Of a DNA stretch of 64,000 nucleotides, positions 11,147 to 23,285 are shown piece after piece. Positions within the stretch are counted from its first letter, which is position 1; every line of letters starts with the position of its first letter. The stretch covers positions 960,001-1,024,000 of the forward strand of contig CAWIAD010000002.1 in NCBI GenBank assembly GCA_963833985.1, given 5' to 3'. This DNA comes from an uncultured Planctomycetaceae bacterium (lineage in GTDB: Bacteria; Planctomycetota; Planctomycetia; Isosphaerales; Isosphaeraceae). The notes under the pieces were generated by a model. That model was not told where the DNA came from and did not search any database. It saw only the letters and a program-made list of their open reading frames with translations. Made by a program: the position numbers and the translations under genes.

Positions 11147-12946
11147 TCAGGGAATTCCGGCGGAGCTGGCCTGGCGCTGTTCCTGGGGGCCAGCGGGCAG
11201 GTGCTCCAGCTTGTCGAGCCTGCGTTCAAGCTGTTCCAGGCGCTCGGTCAGGGCCCTGGGAACCGTGAGCTTGAGCTCCTCGGCCTGGGGAGGCGCCACC
11301 GGTGCGCGGAGTGGGCTGCGTGCGGGACCAGGGATCGACACGGCGCCTGGCGCCCTGCGCCAGGGTGGCAGGTTGTCCTGACCAGTGGCGGTGCCGGCCG
11401 TCTTTTCGCCCCGGTGAGAAGCCTCGCCCGTGGACAATGGAGCGGGCACCACAGTGGAAGAGTTCGGGGCTGTGCTCGTCAAGGCCGGTCCGACCGTCAA
11501 TCGCCCCGGCTCGCTCCTGGCTTCCACTGGGACAACGGACCGGCCGTCCGCGGTGCCGCCCACGATCTTTGGAACAGGTTCGGGGCCTGCATCGCTTCGG
11601 CTGCTGGTGCGCAGCTCCAGCGACAATAGCCGGCGCTGGGGACCGTGACCGCGAACCACCGCCAGGCGGATGAGCGATTCGGCCGGTAACCGGCCCAGCC
11701 GGTCGGTGAGGTCATGGGCCGAACGGATCGGCTGGCCGTCCATCGCGATGATGGCGTCTCCGGCCTTGAGACCGGCCTTTGCGGCAGGTGTTCCGGCCAT
11801 CACATCTCGCAGTGCAGCGCCCTCGCCCGTGACCGCGGCCGCATCCGGAGCCGGGTCGGCCTCGCCGCCCCGAGATCTCGATTTTCCCGCACTCCCCGGG
11901 GCCGGCTCAAAGCGTACGCCCAGGTAGGCCCGGTCGACGTGGCCCCGGGCGCGGAGCTGGTCGGCCACCCAGAGGATGTCGCGGACCGGCAGAGCGAAGC
12001 CAAAATCGTTGTCACGCTCCACCCGGCTCCTGGCCGCGTCGGGCGTGGCGAGGCCGCTCCGGATCACGCCCAGCATCTGACCGCGCAGGTTGGCAACCAC
12101 CGCGCCGCTGTCGCCGGGGTAAAGTGGTGCCTGGACCTGTATCAGCCCACCGAGCTGGCGGGAGCCAAGCATGAGGGCTCGATCCAGCCCCGCGATGTGG
12201 CCGCGGCTGACGGTGTGCCCCAGTCCCAAGGGGTTGCCAACCACGACGACCTGGCCCCCCAGCGCGGGTTCGTCGGCCGCGATCTCAATGGGCCGCACGG
12301 CACGTGGTTCAATTTGAAGCAGGGTCAGACCGGTCTCCTGATCGGTCGCCACCCAGTGGGCCAGGTGGCGCTTTCCCAGCGCGTCGTGGGCAACGATGGC
12401 CGGGCACTCCGGCGTTTTCTCGCTCGCTGAGCCGGAACCAGGAGCCGGCGCGGGGGGTGGGTCAATGCGCACCGAGAGTACGTCACCTCGAAGATTGATC
12501 ACCACGCCGGTGGCGAGCCTGCGCGAACCAGGCGGTCCCTCCAGTGCCGTGTACTCCAGGGTGACCACCGAGCTTCGGGCCCGTGCCATTCCGGCCGACA
12601 TCCGGCGCTCAAGCTGCTCCAGCGCTGCGATCACGGAAGCGTCTGCGGTCTCCGTTCCGGGATCGCCCGCCACATCTCCCCGGTTCCCGTCCTCGCCGGC
12701 ATCCGGGCTACCTGGCTTCCCTGCGCCGTTCTGGTGCGTGCCGGAAGTTGCCGGAGGACGTGCTTCCGGACCCTCGGGTGTCCCGGCCGTTCCTGGCCTG
12801 GGTGAGGAAGCGAGCTGACCGGTCGCCGGCCTGGTCTTGATGGGCTCGTCGGACCAGAACCCTGACTTCGCCGCTCCCAGGAACACCAGACCGCTGGCGG
12901 TTGCCAGGGCCAGGCGCTTCTGTAATGAGGACGCAAGCAAGGGCAT
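11147..12946 (-). CDS. HtrA/DegP-like trypsin-fold + PDZ protein (degenerate catalytic triad)
   Basis: VGNPLGLGHTVSRGHI, PGDSG, RAYLGV and PDZ GTPAAKAGLKAGDAI. Confidence 0.85.
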   Translation of the reverse strand: MPLLASSLQKRLALATASGLVFLGAAKSGFWSDEPIKTRPATGQLASSPRPGTAGTPEGPEARPPATSGTHQNGAGKPGSPDAGEDGNRGDVAGDPGTETADASVIAALEQLERRMSAGMARARSSVVTLEYTALEGPPGSRRLATGVVINLRGDVLSVRIDPPPAPAPGSGSASEKTPECPAIVAHDALGKRHLAHWVATDQETGLTLLQIEPRAVRPIEIAADEPALGGQVVVVGNPLGLGHTVSRGHIAGLDRALMLGSRQLGGLIQVQAPLYPGDSGAVVANLRGQMLGVIRSGLATPDAARSRVERDNDFGFALPVRDILWVADQLRARGHVDRAYLGVRFEPAPGSAGKSRSRGGEADPAPDAAAVTGEGAALRDVMAGTPAAKAGLKAGDAIIAMDGQPIRSAHDLTDRLGRLPAESLIRLAVVRGHGPQRRLLSLELRTSSRSDAGPEPVPKIVGGTADGRSVVPVEARSEPGRLTVGPALTSTAPNSSTVVPAPLSTGEASHRGEKTAGTATGQDNLPPWRRAPGAVSIPGPARSPLRAPVAPPQAEELKLTVPRALTERLEQLERRLDKLEHLPAGPQEQRQASSAGIP

Positions 12947-13111
12947 CGATGTTTCTCACATTGCATTGCGAGTCACCTTCCCGAGAACCACGAAGCTCAT
13001 GCTCCAGGGTGGTGATCCGGGATGGCGGAATGGCTTGACCTATCGTTTCAGGGCCTCAACCAACCAGCATGAACCGATACGGGCAGCCAGCCGGGCCGCC
13101 GGTCGCTTTTC

Positions 13112-14014
13112 TCAGTACGCGGATTTGGATGCACGCGTTTCGGGCGGCATGGGAGTGCCGTGTTCCAGATCAAAATCGTAACGCAGGGCGGAGGTCTCGG
13201 CGGCGGCGGCGGTCGTGCTGGTCGCGACGGTCCTGGACGTGGCCGCTTGACCCATCACGGCCGGCGCCGGCGCCGAACTGGACAGGGACAGCGACTTCGA
13301 GGCACGCGTCACGGTCCGTGACGGCGTGGCCGTCACCACATCTTCGGAAACTTCAAGTTGCTCAGGGGGTGGCGACGCCGTATCGGAGATGGCAACGGTG
13401 TCGTCCGCGATCCGTACCGCGCCGCGTTGCTGCCGGTGGTGCAGGGACGAAGCGAGCAGGACCGCGGCGACAAGTCCGGCTGCTCCCAGACCGAGGCCCA
13501 GACCCAGGCCCACCTGGGCATTCCAGAACCAGAGCGGCCTCCGGGACCGCGACCGCGTCCGCAGGGCGGCCGGCGCCATGAGCCGGGTGAAGAAATCGCC
13601 TATCGAGTCCCGTGTCCACGCCAGCTGCAACGGCAAATTGCTCTCGAGCTGGTTCCAGCCCTGAGCCAGACGCTCCGCCGCGGCACTGGCCGCCGGCGGG
13701 CAGAGTGCGCGGAAGCTGCTCAGCCAGCCTGATTGGTGCGGATCGCAACGTCCTCTGATGCGGTCTTCGAGGTTCGGCCACAGCGATGCCGTTCGCGGCT
13801 CGGCCGTCATTTCGGTGGCCGTGATGCTGAGGACCGACAGCGCATTCTGAAGCGAGTGATGATGCATGCGGCAGGCGCGGCATTCCTCCAGATGCTGCTC
13901 GATGAGCCGACGATCCTGGTCGCTCAGGCCGCTGCCGTCGCAGTCCAGACCCTCGCTCTCGTCCACCAGGAGCGGAAGCCAATCGAGCACCCAGGAACAC
14001 GTGGGACGCGCCAT
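13112..14014 (-). CDS. Zinc-finger (zf-HC2-like) anti-sigma factor with a TM helix
   Basis: HLEECRAC (HxxxCxxC) motif; TM segment; immediately downstream of an ECF sigma gene. Confidence 0.75.
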   Translation of the reverse strand: MARPTCSWVLDWLPLLVDESEGLDCDGSGLSDQDRRLIEQHLEECRACRMHHHSLQNALSVLSITATEMTAEPRTASLWPNLEDRIRGRCDPHQSGWLSSFRALCPPAASAAAERLAQGWNQLESNLPLQLAWTRDSIGDFFTRLMAPAALRTRSRSRRPLWFWNAQVGLGLGLGLGAAGLVAAVLLASSLHHRQQRGAVRIADDTVAISDTASPPPEQLEVSEDVVTATPSRTVTRASKSLSLSSSAPAPAVMGQAATSRTVATSTTAAAAETSALRYDFDLEHGTPMPPETRASKSAY

Positions 14015-14033
14015 GATCAAGCCTTTGCCTTGC

Positions 14034-14819
14034 TCAGCCATCCCCGGCCTCCACTTTGGTCCCGTCCTGGCGTTGCTGCCAGACCTGCCGGAACATCTCA
14101 CGTGCCTTGGACAGGCGCCAGCGAATGGTGGCCTCACGACGCCCCACGATTGCCGCAACTTCCGATGACGAGAAACCTTCCAGATCTCTGAGCACGAGAA
14201 TTGTACGGTACGAAACGGGGAGCCGTGTCAAAATATACTGAACCTCCTGGGCAAGCTCGGTCTGAATCCTCGGGTCAGGGTCGGGAAGCTCGAAGGGGAG
14301 CTGCCCATTTCCGTGTGGTCGATCGATCGACGCCGGCGGCACGCCTTCGTTGCGGTTTCGCCGCAGCCAGTCCAGGCCGAGATTCACGGCCACCCGAAAC
14401 AGCCATGGACCGAACCTTCTGGCGGTGTCAAACCGCTCCAGCCGGTTGTAGACCCGCCAGAAGCTCTCCTGTGCCAGGTCACGGGCCAGTTCCGGGTCGC
14501 GCACCAGCCGGGTAAGAACCCGAATCAGCTTGCGCTCGTAACGCCGAACCAGGATCGCGAAAGCCGCATGGTCTGCATGCCGGGCCCGCTCGACGAGCCA
14601 GGCGTCGTTCAGGGTCGATTCGTCATGAACCACGACACTTTCCGTGTCGACCGTGGGCTCGGTCGCGGAGTTCGCGCTCGGCACGGCTTCCGCTTCTCCC
14701 TTCAGATCAAGAGAACGATCCGTGGGAATCGGCTCCCCTGCGGCTGACCGACTGCGACCAGGCGCATGCAGTTCCGTATTCGGCGCAGGCCCGGTCTGCA
14801 CCGGCTTCCGCATTCGCAT
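14034..14819 (-). CDS. ECF sigma-70 factor (RpoE-like)
   Basis: Region 2 DLAQESF...FGPWLFRVAVN; region 4 LRDLEGFSSSEVAAIVG...TIRWRLSKAR. Confidence 0.92.
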   Translation of the reverse strand: MRMRKPVQTGPAPNTELHAPGRSRSAAGEPIPTDRSLDLKGEAEAVPSANSATEPTVDTESVVVHDESTLNDAWLVERARHADHAAFAILVRRYERKLIRVLTRLVRDPELARDLAQESFWRVYNRLERFDTARRFGPWLFRVAVNLGLDWLRRNRNEGVPPASIDRPHGNGQLPFELPDPDPRIQTELAQEVQYILTRLPVSYRTILVLRDLEGFSSSEVAAIVGRREATIRWRLSKAREMFRQVWQQRQDGTKVEAGDG

Positions 14820-15175
14820 GACCTCCCCTTGTGATTTATGATACGTCGGAACAGTGCACGGTGTTGGAGCTTTTTGCGGTCTTGCACGGCGTCTGACCGG
14901 CGCGGGCTGGCCGCATCAGAGGTCTCACCCGTTTCAAACGGAAGGGCGGCAACCCGCTCACGACCTGTTCGAGGACCGATCGATGCGGTTCGATGCGCGC
15001 AGCGGTAAGGCTCCGGCAGACAGCGCTGCCTCGAACCCAACAGATTTGTTAATCATTGGTACCAAACCGACTTTTTGTCAACCGGCATCCTCAAGCCCGA
15101 CGTGCATGACCCTGGGTACTCCGCGGACCCCGGTTCGTGCACCGGCGGGGCGAGACTAGTGTAAAGCAAGCAGCC

Positions 15176-16177
15176 ATGACTGGATCGGTCCCGCGCGTCG
15201 AGCTCTGCCCGCCGGCCGCCTGCGCGGCCGCGCTGCGGGTGCTCTACCATCGGATCCCTGACTCGCTGCGGTCTTGCCTGGTGGACGAGGTTCTTCAAGA
15301 AGCAGCTTCCGGCCAGATCGATCTCTCGGGAATGTGGGTGGCTTGGGGCCGCTCCGCGGGATCGGGATCTGGCCGGATGCGGATCGTCGGTGCCCTGATG
15401 ACACAGTCGCTGGCTGGCCGGGCGGCTGCCGTCTGGGCCCCTGAGGTTCTGCCATGCTGGCGGCGGGGCACAATTGCGGCCACGATGGTGCGGACGGCAC
15501 TGGACGGATTACGGACGCTCGGATTCCGTCTCGCCCAGGCCGTACTCGATGAGTCCGCCGGCGGGCGCGGAGCGCTGGACTTGACCCGTGGCGGCATGCC
15601 CCACGTGACCGAGCTCGTCTACCTGGAGCGCCCCACGGCACCGCCATTGCAGGAATGGACCAGCACGGGTCAGTTGGCTCGGCCTCCGGCACCGCGGCAG
15701 CTTATCTGGTCTCCGTTCGCCCCAACCCGGGAGGCGGAATTCCGGTTTTACTTGGAGGCGACATACGCCTCCAGCCTGGATCTGCCCGAGCTGGAAGGCT
15801 CTCGTTCACTCGACGACATCCTGGCGGGCCATCGTGCCACGGGACGATTCGTTGCTGAGCGCTGGAGGCTCGGGCGGGTGCCCGGTGAGCCAGACGCCGC
15901 GGTGGTCTTGCTGCTCTCCGAGATTCCCAATCGCGACGTCTGGGAGGTGGTGTACCTGGGCTTGACCGGGCCGGCGCGCGGCCGGGGTATTGGCCGGGCC
16001 GCCATCGCTCACGCACTGGAGCTGGCGCGGCCACATGCTGCGCGGCTCGAACTGGCCGTCGATGTTCGCAACTTGCCCGCGATCCGCCTCTACGAATCGG
16101 CCGGCTTTGTCGCGTTCGATCGTCGTGCCGTGCATCTGGCGGTTTTTCCGCACCCCGGCCCCGCGCCGGTCGGGTAA
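15176..16177 (+). CDS. GNAT-family N-acetyltransferase (tandem GNAT)
   Basis: RRGTIA and YLGLTGPARGRGIG acetyl-CoA motifs; NLPAIRLYESAGF. Confidence 0.85.
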   Translation: MTGSVPRVELCPPAACAAALRVLYHRIPDSLRSCLVDEVLQEAASGQIDLSGMWVAWGRSAGSGSGRMRIVGALMTQSLAGRAAAVWAPEVLPCWRRGTIAATMVRTALDGLRTLGFRLAQAVLDESAGGRGALDLTRGGMPHVTELVYLERPTAPPLQEWTSTGQLARPPAPRQLIWSPFAPTREAEFRFYLEATYASSLDLPELEGSRSLDDILAGHRATGRFVAERWRLGRVPGEPDAAVVLLLSEIPNRDVWEVVYLGLTGPARGRGIGRAAIAHALELARPHAARLELAVDVRNLPAIRLYESAGFVAFDRRAVHLAVFPHPGPAPVG

Positions 16178-16223
16178 CCTGCCTCGGACCCCGAATCGGG
16201 CCCGCGTCTCTGCGGCTTGCTCT

Positions 16224-16973
16224 CTACTTGGAGGAAGCCGGTCGTGACGTGTCGCCGGTTGGTCGGTGGCGCAGGATCTCGCCTTCCTTGAGATAAACCA
16301 CGGCCTCCGCGATCTTCGAGGCGTGGTCGGCGATGCGCTCGATGTTCCGGGCCGTGTTAACCAGCCGGAGCCATGTGTTGATGCGTTCAGGATGCGCCGT
16401 GATTTCCTGTTTCAGCAGCTTGAGCACGGAGCGATAATGGCGGTCGACCCGCCGCTCGGCGGCCATGACCGCTTGGGCCTGGGCCACGTCCGCGGCGACG
16501 AGTGCGTCCAGGCTATCGTGAACCTGGTCGAGGGCCTCCAGCCCCAGGTTTTCCAGCGGTTGAGGGATCGGGAAGGCCTGTGGATCCGCGGCGAGCTTCT
16601 TCACCCGCTTGGCGATATGACGCGCCAGATCGGCCAGCCGCTCGAGGTCGCCGTTGATCTTGAGCACGGCAGCCACCCGCCTCAGGTCCGATGCCACGGG
16701 CTGATGCAGCGCCAGGACGCGTACGCACTCGCGCTCGATCTCCACTTCCCAGCGGTTCACGGCCGGTTTTTGAAGCTTGATCTCGTCGGCAAGGTCCGTG
16801 CGCCCGTCACACAGTGCGTGGATGCTCTGGTTCAGGGCATCCTCGACAACCGCGGCAAGCTTCAGCACGTCAGACCACAGGCCTTCCAGGTCGCGAACGA
16901 AATGGCGGCCCAGCGTGACGCGCTGCTGGCCCCAGTCCCAGGCGGAGGCCGCCATTGTGTTGTCATCAGGCAT
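16224..16973 (-). CDS. phoU: Phosphate signalling protein PhoU
   Basis: QPVASDLR, DLERLADLA and NIERIADHASKIAEAVVY. Confidence 0.92.
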   Translation of the reverse strand: MPDDNTMAASAWDWGQQRVTLGRHFVRDLEGLWSDVLKLAAVVEDALNQSIHALCDGRTDLADEIKLQKPAVNRWEVEIERECVRVLALHQPVASDLRRVAAVLKINGDLERLADLARHIAKRVKKLAADPQAFPIPQPLENLGLEALDQVHDSLDALVAADVAQAQAVMAAERRVDRHYRSVLKLLKQEITAHPERINTWLRLVNTARNIERIADHASKIAEAVVYLKEGEILRHRPTGDTSRPASSK

Positions 16974-17548
16974 CAAACAGGTCTCCGGCTGCCGACTGAA
17001 TCGCACGATCCCGTGATCACGCTGCTCCTTGATGCCGCAATGGCCGTGCCCGGTGCTCTTCGAAAGTCCCGGTTCAGGTGGAACCGCGGCACGCTCGAGG
17101 CGGCGACGGAATCACGGAAGCAATACTCGAGTAGGGAAGCGGCCGTGGCACGCAGAGACCTGAAACAACCGTGATCCGCGGTCATCTCGCCGATCGGTCG
17201 CTTGCTCACGTCCTCATGACGACGCTCTTCCTGGATCGTCCTGAAGTCTCTCACGGTCGCCGAAGCATGAGTCTGCTGGTTCAACGCATCTGCTGACAAC
17301 ACATGCCGGGCCGAGCCGAGAACCTGCCCCCAGAGAGACCTGTACTCGATCTGGCTGTCGCGTAACGCTACCACAGAATACGCTAGAAACCCCCCTCCCT
17401 GTTCAGTTTAGAGTGAAAACCCCAGTCCTACAATATAAAATTGACAAAATACTCCAGAAATTCATCATTGTCGCCAGTAATACGTAGCCGCATGTTAGAA
17501 AAGTAAAGGTCCTTCACCAGACTCCTGATCCGGCCGCGGGTATCAAAC

Positions 17549-17581
17549 GGCAAAGGCCGCCATGGGCTGGCGGCCTTTGCC
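17549..17581. terminator. Perfect 14-bp GC-rich hairpin, probable intrinsic terminator of the gene ending at 17624
   Basis: GGCAAAGGCCGCCA-tgggc-TGGCGGCCTTTGCC, about 40 bp past the minus-strand stop. Confidence 0.65.
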
Positions 17582-17623
17582 GGGGACCTTTGTTTCCCGC
17601 CACTCGAGCGGGATGACGTGAGC

Positions 17624-20600
17624 TCAGTAGTTCCTTCCCCGCAGGGGAGGGCCTGTGCCGGTCAGAGGCTGGTAATACAGGTCCGTCGGGATCCGGTCGC
17701 CGGGCCGCCAGTAACCCAGGTCGTACTGGGCCTCCCAGGGCGGATCGACGACCAGGGCGTACGGCCAGGTGATGATCTGCCAGGCGAAGAGGCCGGCCGA
17801 GAACCAGGGTTGCGCCATCTGGAGGCGCTGCGTGGTCTGTGTGTGATCGTCCACCGGGTAGGCCATGTACCGGCCGAGCGGGCCGAAATACTGCTCGACG
17901 CTGTGTCCGTAGCGTTCGAGCATGGGGTCCTGGAAGTAGAGCGGCATGTGACAGGTTGCCGCGGCCGCCCAGTACTTGCGCTGCGGGCTCCAGGAACGGG
18001 GCCCCAGCGGCACCCAGTCTTCCGGAACGGGAATCGCGCGGATGGGCCGCGCCTCGGCCGGGCTGGGGGCACGGCTGATGTCCACCTGCGTCTGGGTTTG
18101 CGTTCGCAGATCCGTCACGCTCTCGGCGGGTACGCCGCCAGGCGGCTGGTTATCCGGCAGCGGACGGGCCTGAGGGCGCACCGTTTCGGCATCCTGCATG
18201 CGAGCCAGCTCCTCCACTTGCCGCTGAAGCTCGGGGCGGAGCGTCGAGCTCGGGTTCTCTCGCCTCGGAAGCAGCGTGCTGGTATCGGCTGGTATCCCTC
18301 GTCTGGTCCGTGGCTCGGCCATCTCAGGAGCGCTCATGGCGGGCTGATCGGGCAGGACCGTCCCGGAGGAGGGCTGCGCGACCGTCTTGTCGGCTTCAAG
18401 TGCTGGCTTCGGACTGGCATCAATTCCCACCGGAGCACTGGCCGGCGACCCCGCGGGAGTGGCTGGCAGCTCCGATGCGGCCGGAGGCAACGGCTCCGCC
18501 TGGATCTTCGGGTCCGAGGCGCCGACCGCACCTGGCGGCAGGGCTGGCAATTCATCCGTCCGGATGGCGACCGGTGGTGCGGCCGCATCCGCTCCGGGCG
18601 GCGTCTGAGGGTTGTTCGTCGAGTCCGTTGGTGCGGGAGCCGCAGGCTGAGGAACGTCCGGTTGGTCCTTCACGGGTTCCGCTTGCCGGTCCGCCGGGAG
18701 TGCCGGCGTCTGAGGCAGGGGAGGCAGCATGTCGGCGTCTGCTGGGGAGCTCGCGGACGGGTTGGCCGCGCTCTCCGAGCCGGGGCCCGAGGCTGGGGCC
18801 TGTGCCGGCTGTGAGGGCAATGGCGGCCGCTCCTGGTCGCCTCGTCCGGGCTCAGGACTGGATACGTCTCCTTGCCGGCTCAGCGGGGGCAGGGGAACCA
18901 GCTCGGACTCGCCGGAGGGCTGGACCGGATCGCTCGCCGGCTTTTGATCGGGACCGGCAGGCGGTTCCAGGTTGATGGCGGCCGGTGCGGTTGCAGCCGG
19001 AGCCGGTGCCGCTGTTGCAGTCACCGCCGCGGACGTCTCCACGGGTGCCGCGCCCGGCGTGGCTGGCGGCTCGGCGGCGGGCTGCACTGCCGGTGACCCG
19101 GCGGCGGGCTGCGCCGGTGGCGGCTCGGCGGCGGGCTGCACTGCCGGCGGGCTCGAGGCCGTGATGGCCTGCGCGTCGAGCGTGGAGGGAGCGGTTGCGG
19201 ACGAGACGTCAGCCACCGGTGCTGCCTGGGCTGGCGGAGCCAGGGCGCGGGGCTGGAACTCGATGTTCGGCGCGAACGATGGAGCAGCCCCGGCACTTTC
19301 GTCGGTTGCGGACGCGGGCGCCGGGCTCGCGGGGGCCGAAGGCGTTGCCGGCTGGGGGTCGAGCATCACGGGGCGTCCCAGCGAGGTGGGACCGGCGGGG
19401 ATCGGCCCGGGGGCGGGTGTGGCTCCCGCTCCTGCTGCCGTGGCGGCATCCGGCTGTGGCGCCACGGGTTGGCCCTGAACCGCCTGAACCGGCTGGCTCG
19501 CCGGCGTTTCCGGCATGGGCAACGGCGCCGGGCGGGTCTCGGCTGGTGGAGTGGCGGCGCGGGGTTGGAACTCGACGTTCGGTGCGAACACGGGTGCGGT
19601 TCCCGCATCCTCGGCCGGGGCCGGAGCCGGATTGGTGGCACTGCTCGGCCCCGCCGGGGGAGCGATCGGCTGGGGTCCGGCGGACTCGGGCGCCGTGGCA
19701 TTGGACGCGGCTGCGGCCGGAGGCTCAGCAACCCCGCCGTGTGCAGGTGGCTGGGTTTCTGCCAGCGGAGTGATCGGCGGCAGCGGAGCCAGGCCGCTGA
19801 CCTGGATATCGGCCGGGGCGTCGGGACTGGCGGCTCCGCCGGCCGGTGCCGGGGAAACCGGAGTCTGGGCCATCGACGCTGGCTCAGATGCCGTGGTCGG
19901 GCTGGCGTTTGCACTCCCGGCGAGCTTGCCAGCGGTCGCATCGGCCGAACCCGCTGCGGCTTCCGGCTTGCTCACAATTGGCAGTTCGGCAGGCTGCCCG
20001 GTACCGATCGGCAGAGGTTGGGGCATCAGGCTTGTTTCCGGCGGTGCCGGAGCGGCTGATGCCGCCGTCGCGGCCGCAGTGGTGGTGATCTCGGCTCCGG
20101 CGAGCTGGATGGGCTGGCCCTGGTCATCGCCTTCTCGGCTGGCCGTACGGATGACGGTCTGCGGAGTCTCGGAGGGCAACCGCACAGGCCGGGCGGCTGC
20201 GATCCGCGTCTCCGGCCGGGCCGGAGCGAAGACCCCTGCGCCCTGGGTCCGCTGACTGAGGGCGTAGGGCGTCTGGCTGCCCACCGCCTCGCGCAGGCCC
20301 CGCTGGGCCCGCTCGATGGCCTGCTTGAGAGCAAGCTTCTCGGGTTCGCTCAGCTCCTTCTGGCGAGACTCGGCCTCGCGCAGGTACTTCAGGGCGCGCT
20401 CGTACTCCTGGTATTTGATGTAGTCGATGCCGTTGCGCAGCAGGTAACGCGCACCCCGGGTGGCCGCCATGCCGGCAAGGGAACTCAGGCTCTCCGCGGT
20501 TGCGGAGTCAGCACCGGCGGTGGTCCCACCCGGCGTGACGGTCGAGTCGGCCGCCGGGGGTGTGGAGTCGCCGCGCCGGGCGCCGGATGACGGCAAGATC

Positions 20601-20800
20601 TGCTGGGCCGACACCGTCGAGGCCACGAGCGCCGCCCCGACGATCGTCTTGGTCAGTGCCGATGAAGTGCGACGCAAGCCACGCCTCCTTGCTTTGCTGG
20701 AACTTGCTCGGCCAGAGAGATCGTACTGGCCGGGGCCCGGACCGAAGAGCGACCGGTCCGTGCCAGGGTTTCCGCACCAAGCCGCCGGGACAGGCTGCAA
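17624..20800 (-). CDS. Large exported Pro/Ala-rich protein: TPR-like helix, long low-complexity linker, conserved planctomycete-type C-terminal domain; start uncertain
   Basis: Signal-like TIVGAALVASTVSA; NGIDYIKYQEYERALKYL; C-terminal CHMPLYFQDPMLERYGHS; internal repeats PAVQPAAEPP x2 and FAPN(V/I)EFQPRA x2. Confidence 0.7.
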   Translation of the reverse strand: MQPVPAAWCGNPGTDRSLFGPGPGQYDLSGRASSSKARRRGLRRTSSALTKTIVGAALVASTVSAQQILPSSGARRGDSTPPAADSTVTPGGTTAGADSATAESLSSLAGMAATRGARYLLRNGIDYIKYQEYERALKYLREAESRQKELSEPEKLALKQAIERAQRGLREAVGSQTPYALSQRTQGAGVFAPARPETRIAAARPVRLPSETPQTVIRTASREGDDQGQPIQLAGAEITTTAAATAASAAPAPPETSLMPQPLPIGTGQPAELPIVSKPEAAAGSADATAGKLAGSANASPTTASEPASMAQTPVSPAPAGGAASPDAPADIQVSGLAPLPPITPLAETQPPAHGGVAEPPAAAASNATAPESAGPQPIAPPAGPSSATNPAPAPAEDAGTAPVFAPNVEFQPRAATPPAETRPAPLPMPETPASQPVQAVQGQPVAPQPDAATAAGAGATPAPGPIPAGPTSLGRPVMLDPQPATPSAPASPAPASATDESAGAAPSFAPNIEFQPRALAPPAQAAPVADVSSATAPSTLDAQAITASSPPAVQPAAEPPPAQPAAGSPAVQPAAEPPATPGAAPVETSAAVTATAAPAPAATAPAAINLEPPAGPDQKPASDPVQPSGESELVPLPPLSRQGDVSSPEPGRGDQERPPLPSQPAQAPASGPGSESAANPSASSPADADMLPPLPQTPALPADRQAEPVKDQPDVPQPAAPAPTDSTNNPQTPPGADAAAPPVAIRTDELPALPPGAVGASDPKIQAEPLPPAASELPATPAGSPASAPVGIDASPKPALEADKTVAQPSSGTVLPDQPAMSAPEMAEPRTRRGIPADTSTLLPRRENPSSTLRPELQRQVEELARMQDAETVRPQARPLPDNQPPGGVPAESVTDLRTQTQTQVDISRAPSPAEARPIRAIPVPEDWVPLGPRSWSPQRKYWAAAATCHMPLYFQDPMLERYGHSVEQYFGPLGRYMAYPVDDHTQTTQRLQMAQPWFSAGLFAWQIITWPYALVVDPPWEAQYDLGYWRPGDRIPTDLYYQPLTGTGPPLRGRNY

Positions 20801-21007
20801 GCAGCCGGATGGGTGCGATGGAAAGTGGTGATGGGGCGATTCGCATCGCCGGACGACGGGCCTCTGGCGGGAGACAACCCGCGCACCGGCCCGAGAATCA
20901 ACGTGACATCGAGGACCTGCTTCTTCCCGGCCGCAAGGCCGGCATGGCTCGCCTTGATCTGATCGGGGATCATCCCTTCCGGCCTGTGGCCGTAGACGGC
21001 CGCCCGC

Positions 21008-22594
<1,587 letters not shown>

Positions 22595-23147
22595 TCAGTC
22601 AGGACAGGAAAAACCAGGCCAGGCCCGAGATGCCAGTCGCGGTCGGTAAGTTCAGTAGCCTTTCCTTAATGATTAAACCCCGCAAGGCCGGCACTGACAA
22701 GGGCAAGTGCTCGGGGAGTCTGGTCTCGGGTCCGCCACACCGATCCGCCGCGAGCGAACTTCCTTCCCCTGCGCCAGTACGAGCGAGCCGTGCCGCTCGC
22801 GACTCATCAGCTTGCTACCGGGTGACGCCACCACGCTCGCGCCGAGGAAGTGGCCTCGAGCGCTGGACCCGGGATCACCCCGGCGGCGGTACGCGGGATG
22901 GTCTGCCCGGCACTCGCGGCAGAGATCGTGGACCCCGACCCAGGAACCAAGCGCCATGAATTCCAAGCCGCGGCTTTCCTACGGTCCTACGGGCCGTCGT
23001 CACTGCGCTTGACTCACCCCTACGGCTGGCGCAAAAGCGTGGTGACGAGGTCGAAGCAATCCGCCTGTGGACCCAGGTCCTCGCAGAATGCGCTGGCGAT
23101 GGGGACGCCACACCGCGCTGGCAATGGGACGGAGCTGAGTGCTTGCC

Positions 23148-23181
23148 GCAGGCAGGCAGGCAGGCAGGTAGGCAGACAGGC
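23148..23181 (+). repeat. (GCAG)n simple sequence repeat
   Basis: GCAG x5 followed by GTAG GCAG ACAG GC, about 100 bp upstream of the glycosyltransferase. Confidence 0.7.
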
Positions 23182-23285
23182 ACCGTTCCTTGCAGTACAA
23201 TTCTCCCGGCCTCAAGGAGAGTTTACCCAGGAGGTTCCGCTGCCCACATTGGCATGCGCGAACCACGATCGCCAGCTCGGGAGGC

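Noticed and set aside
22600..22680. ZTP or purine riboswitch upstream of guaB (GACTGGC on the minus strand)
   Set aside because: The remaining conserved riboswitch elements are not recognisable.
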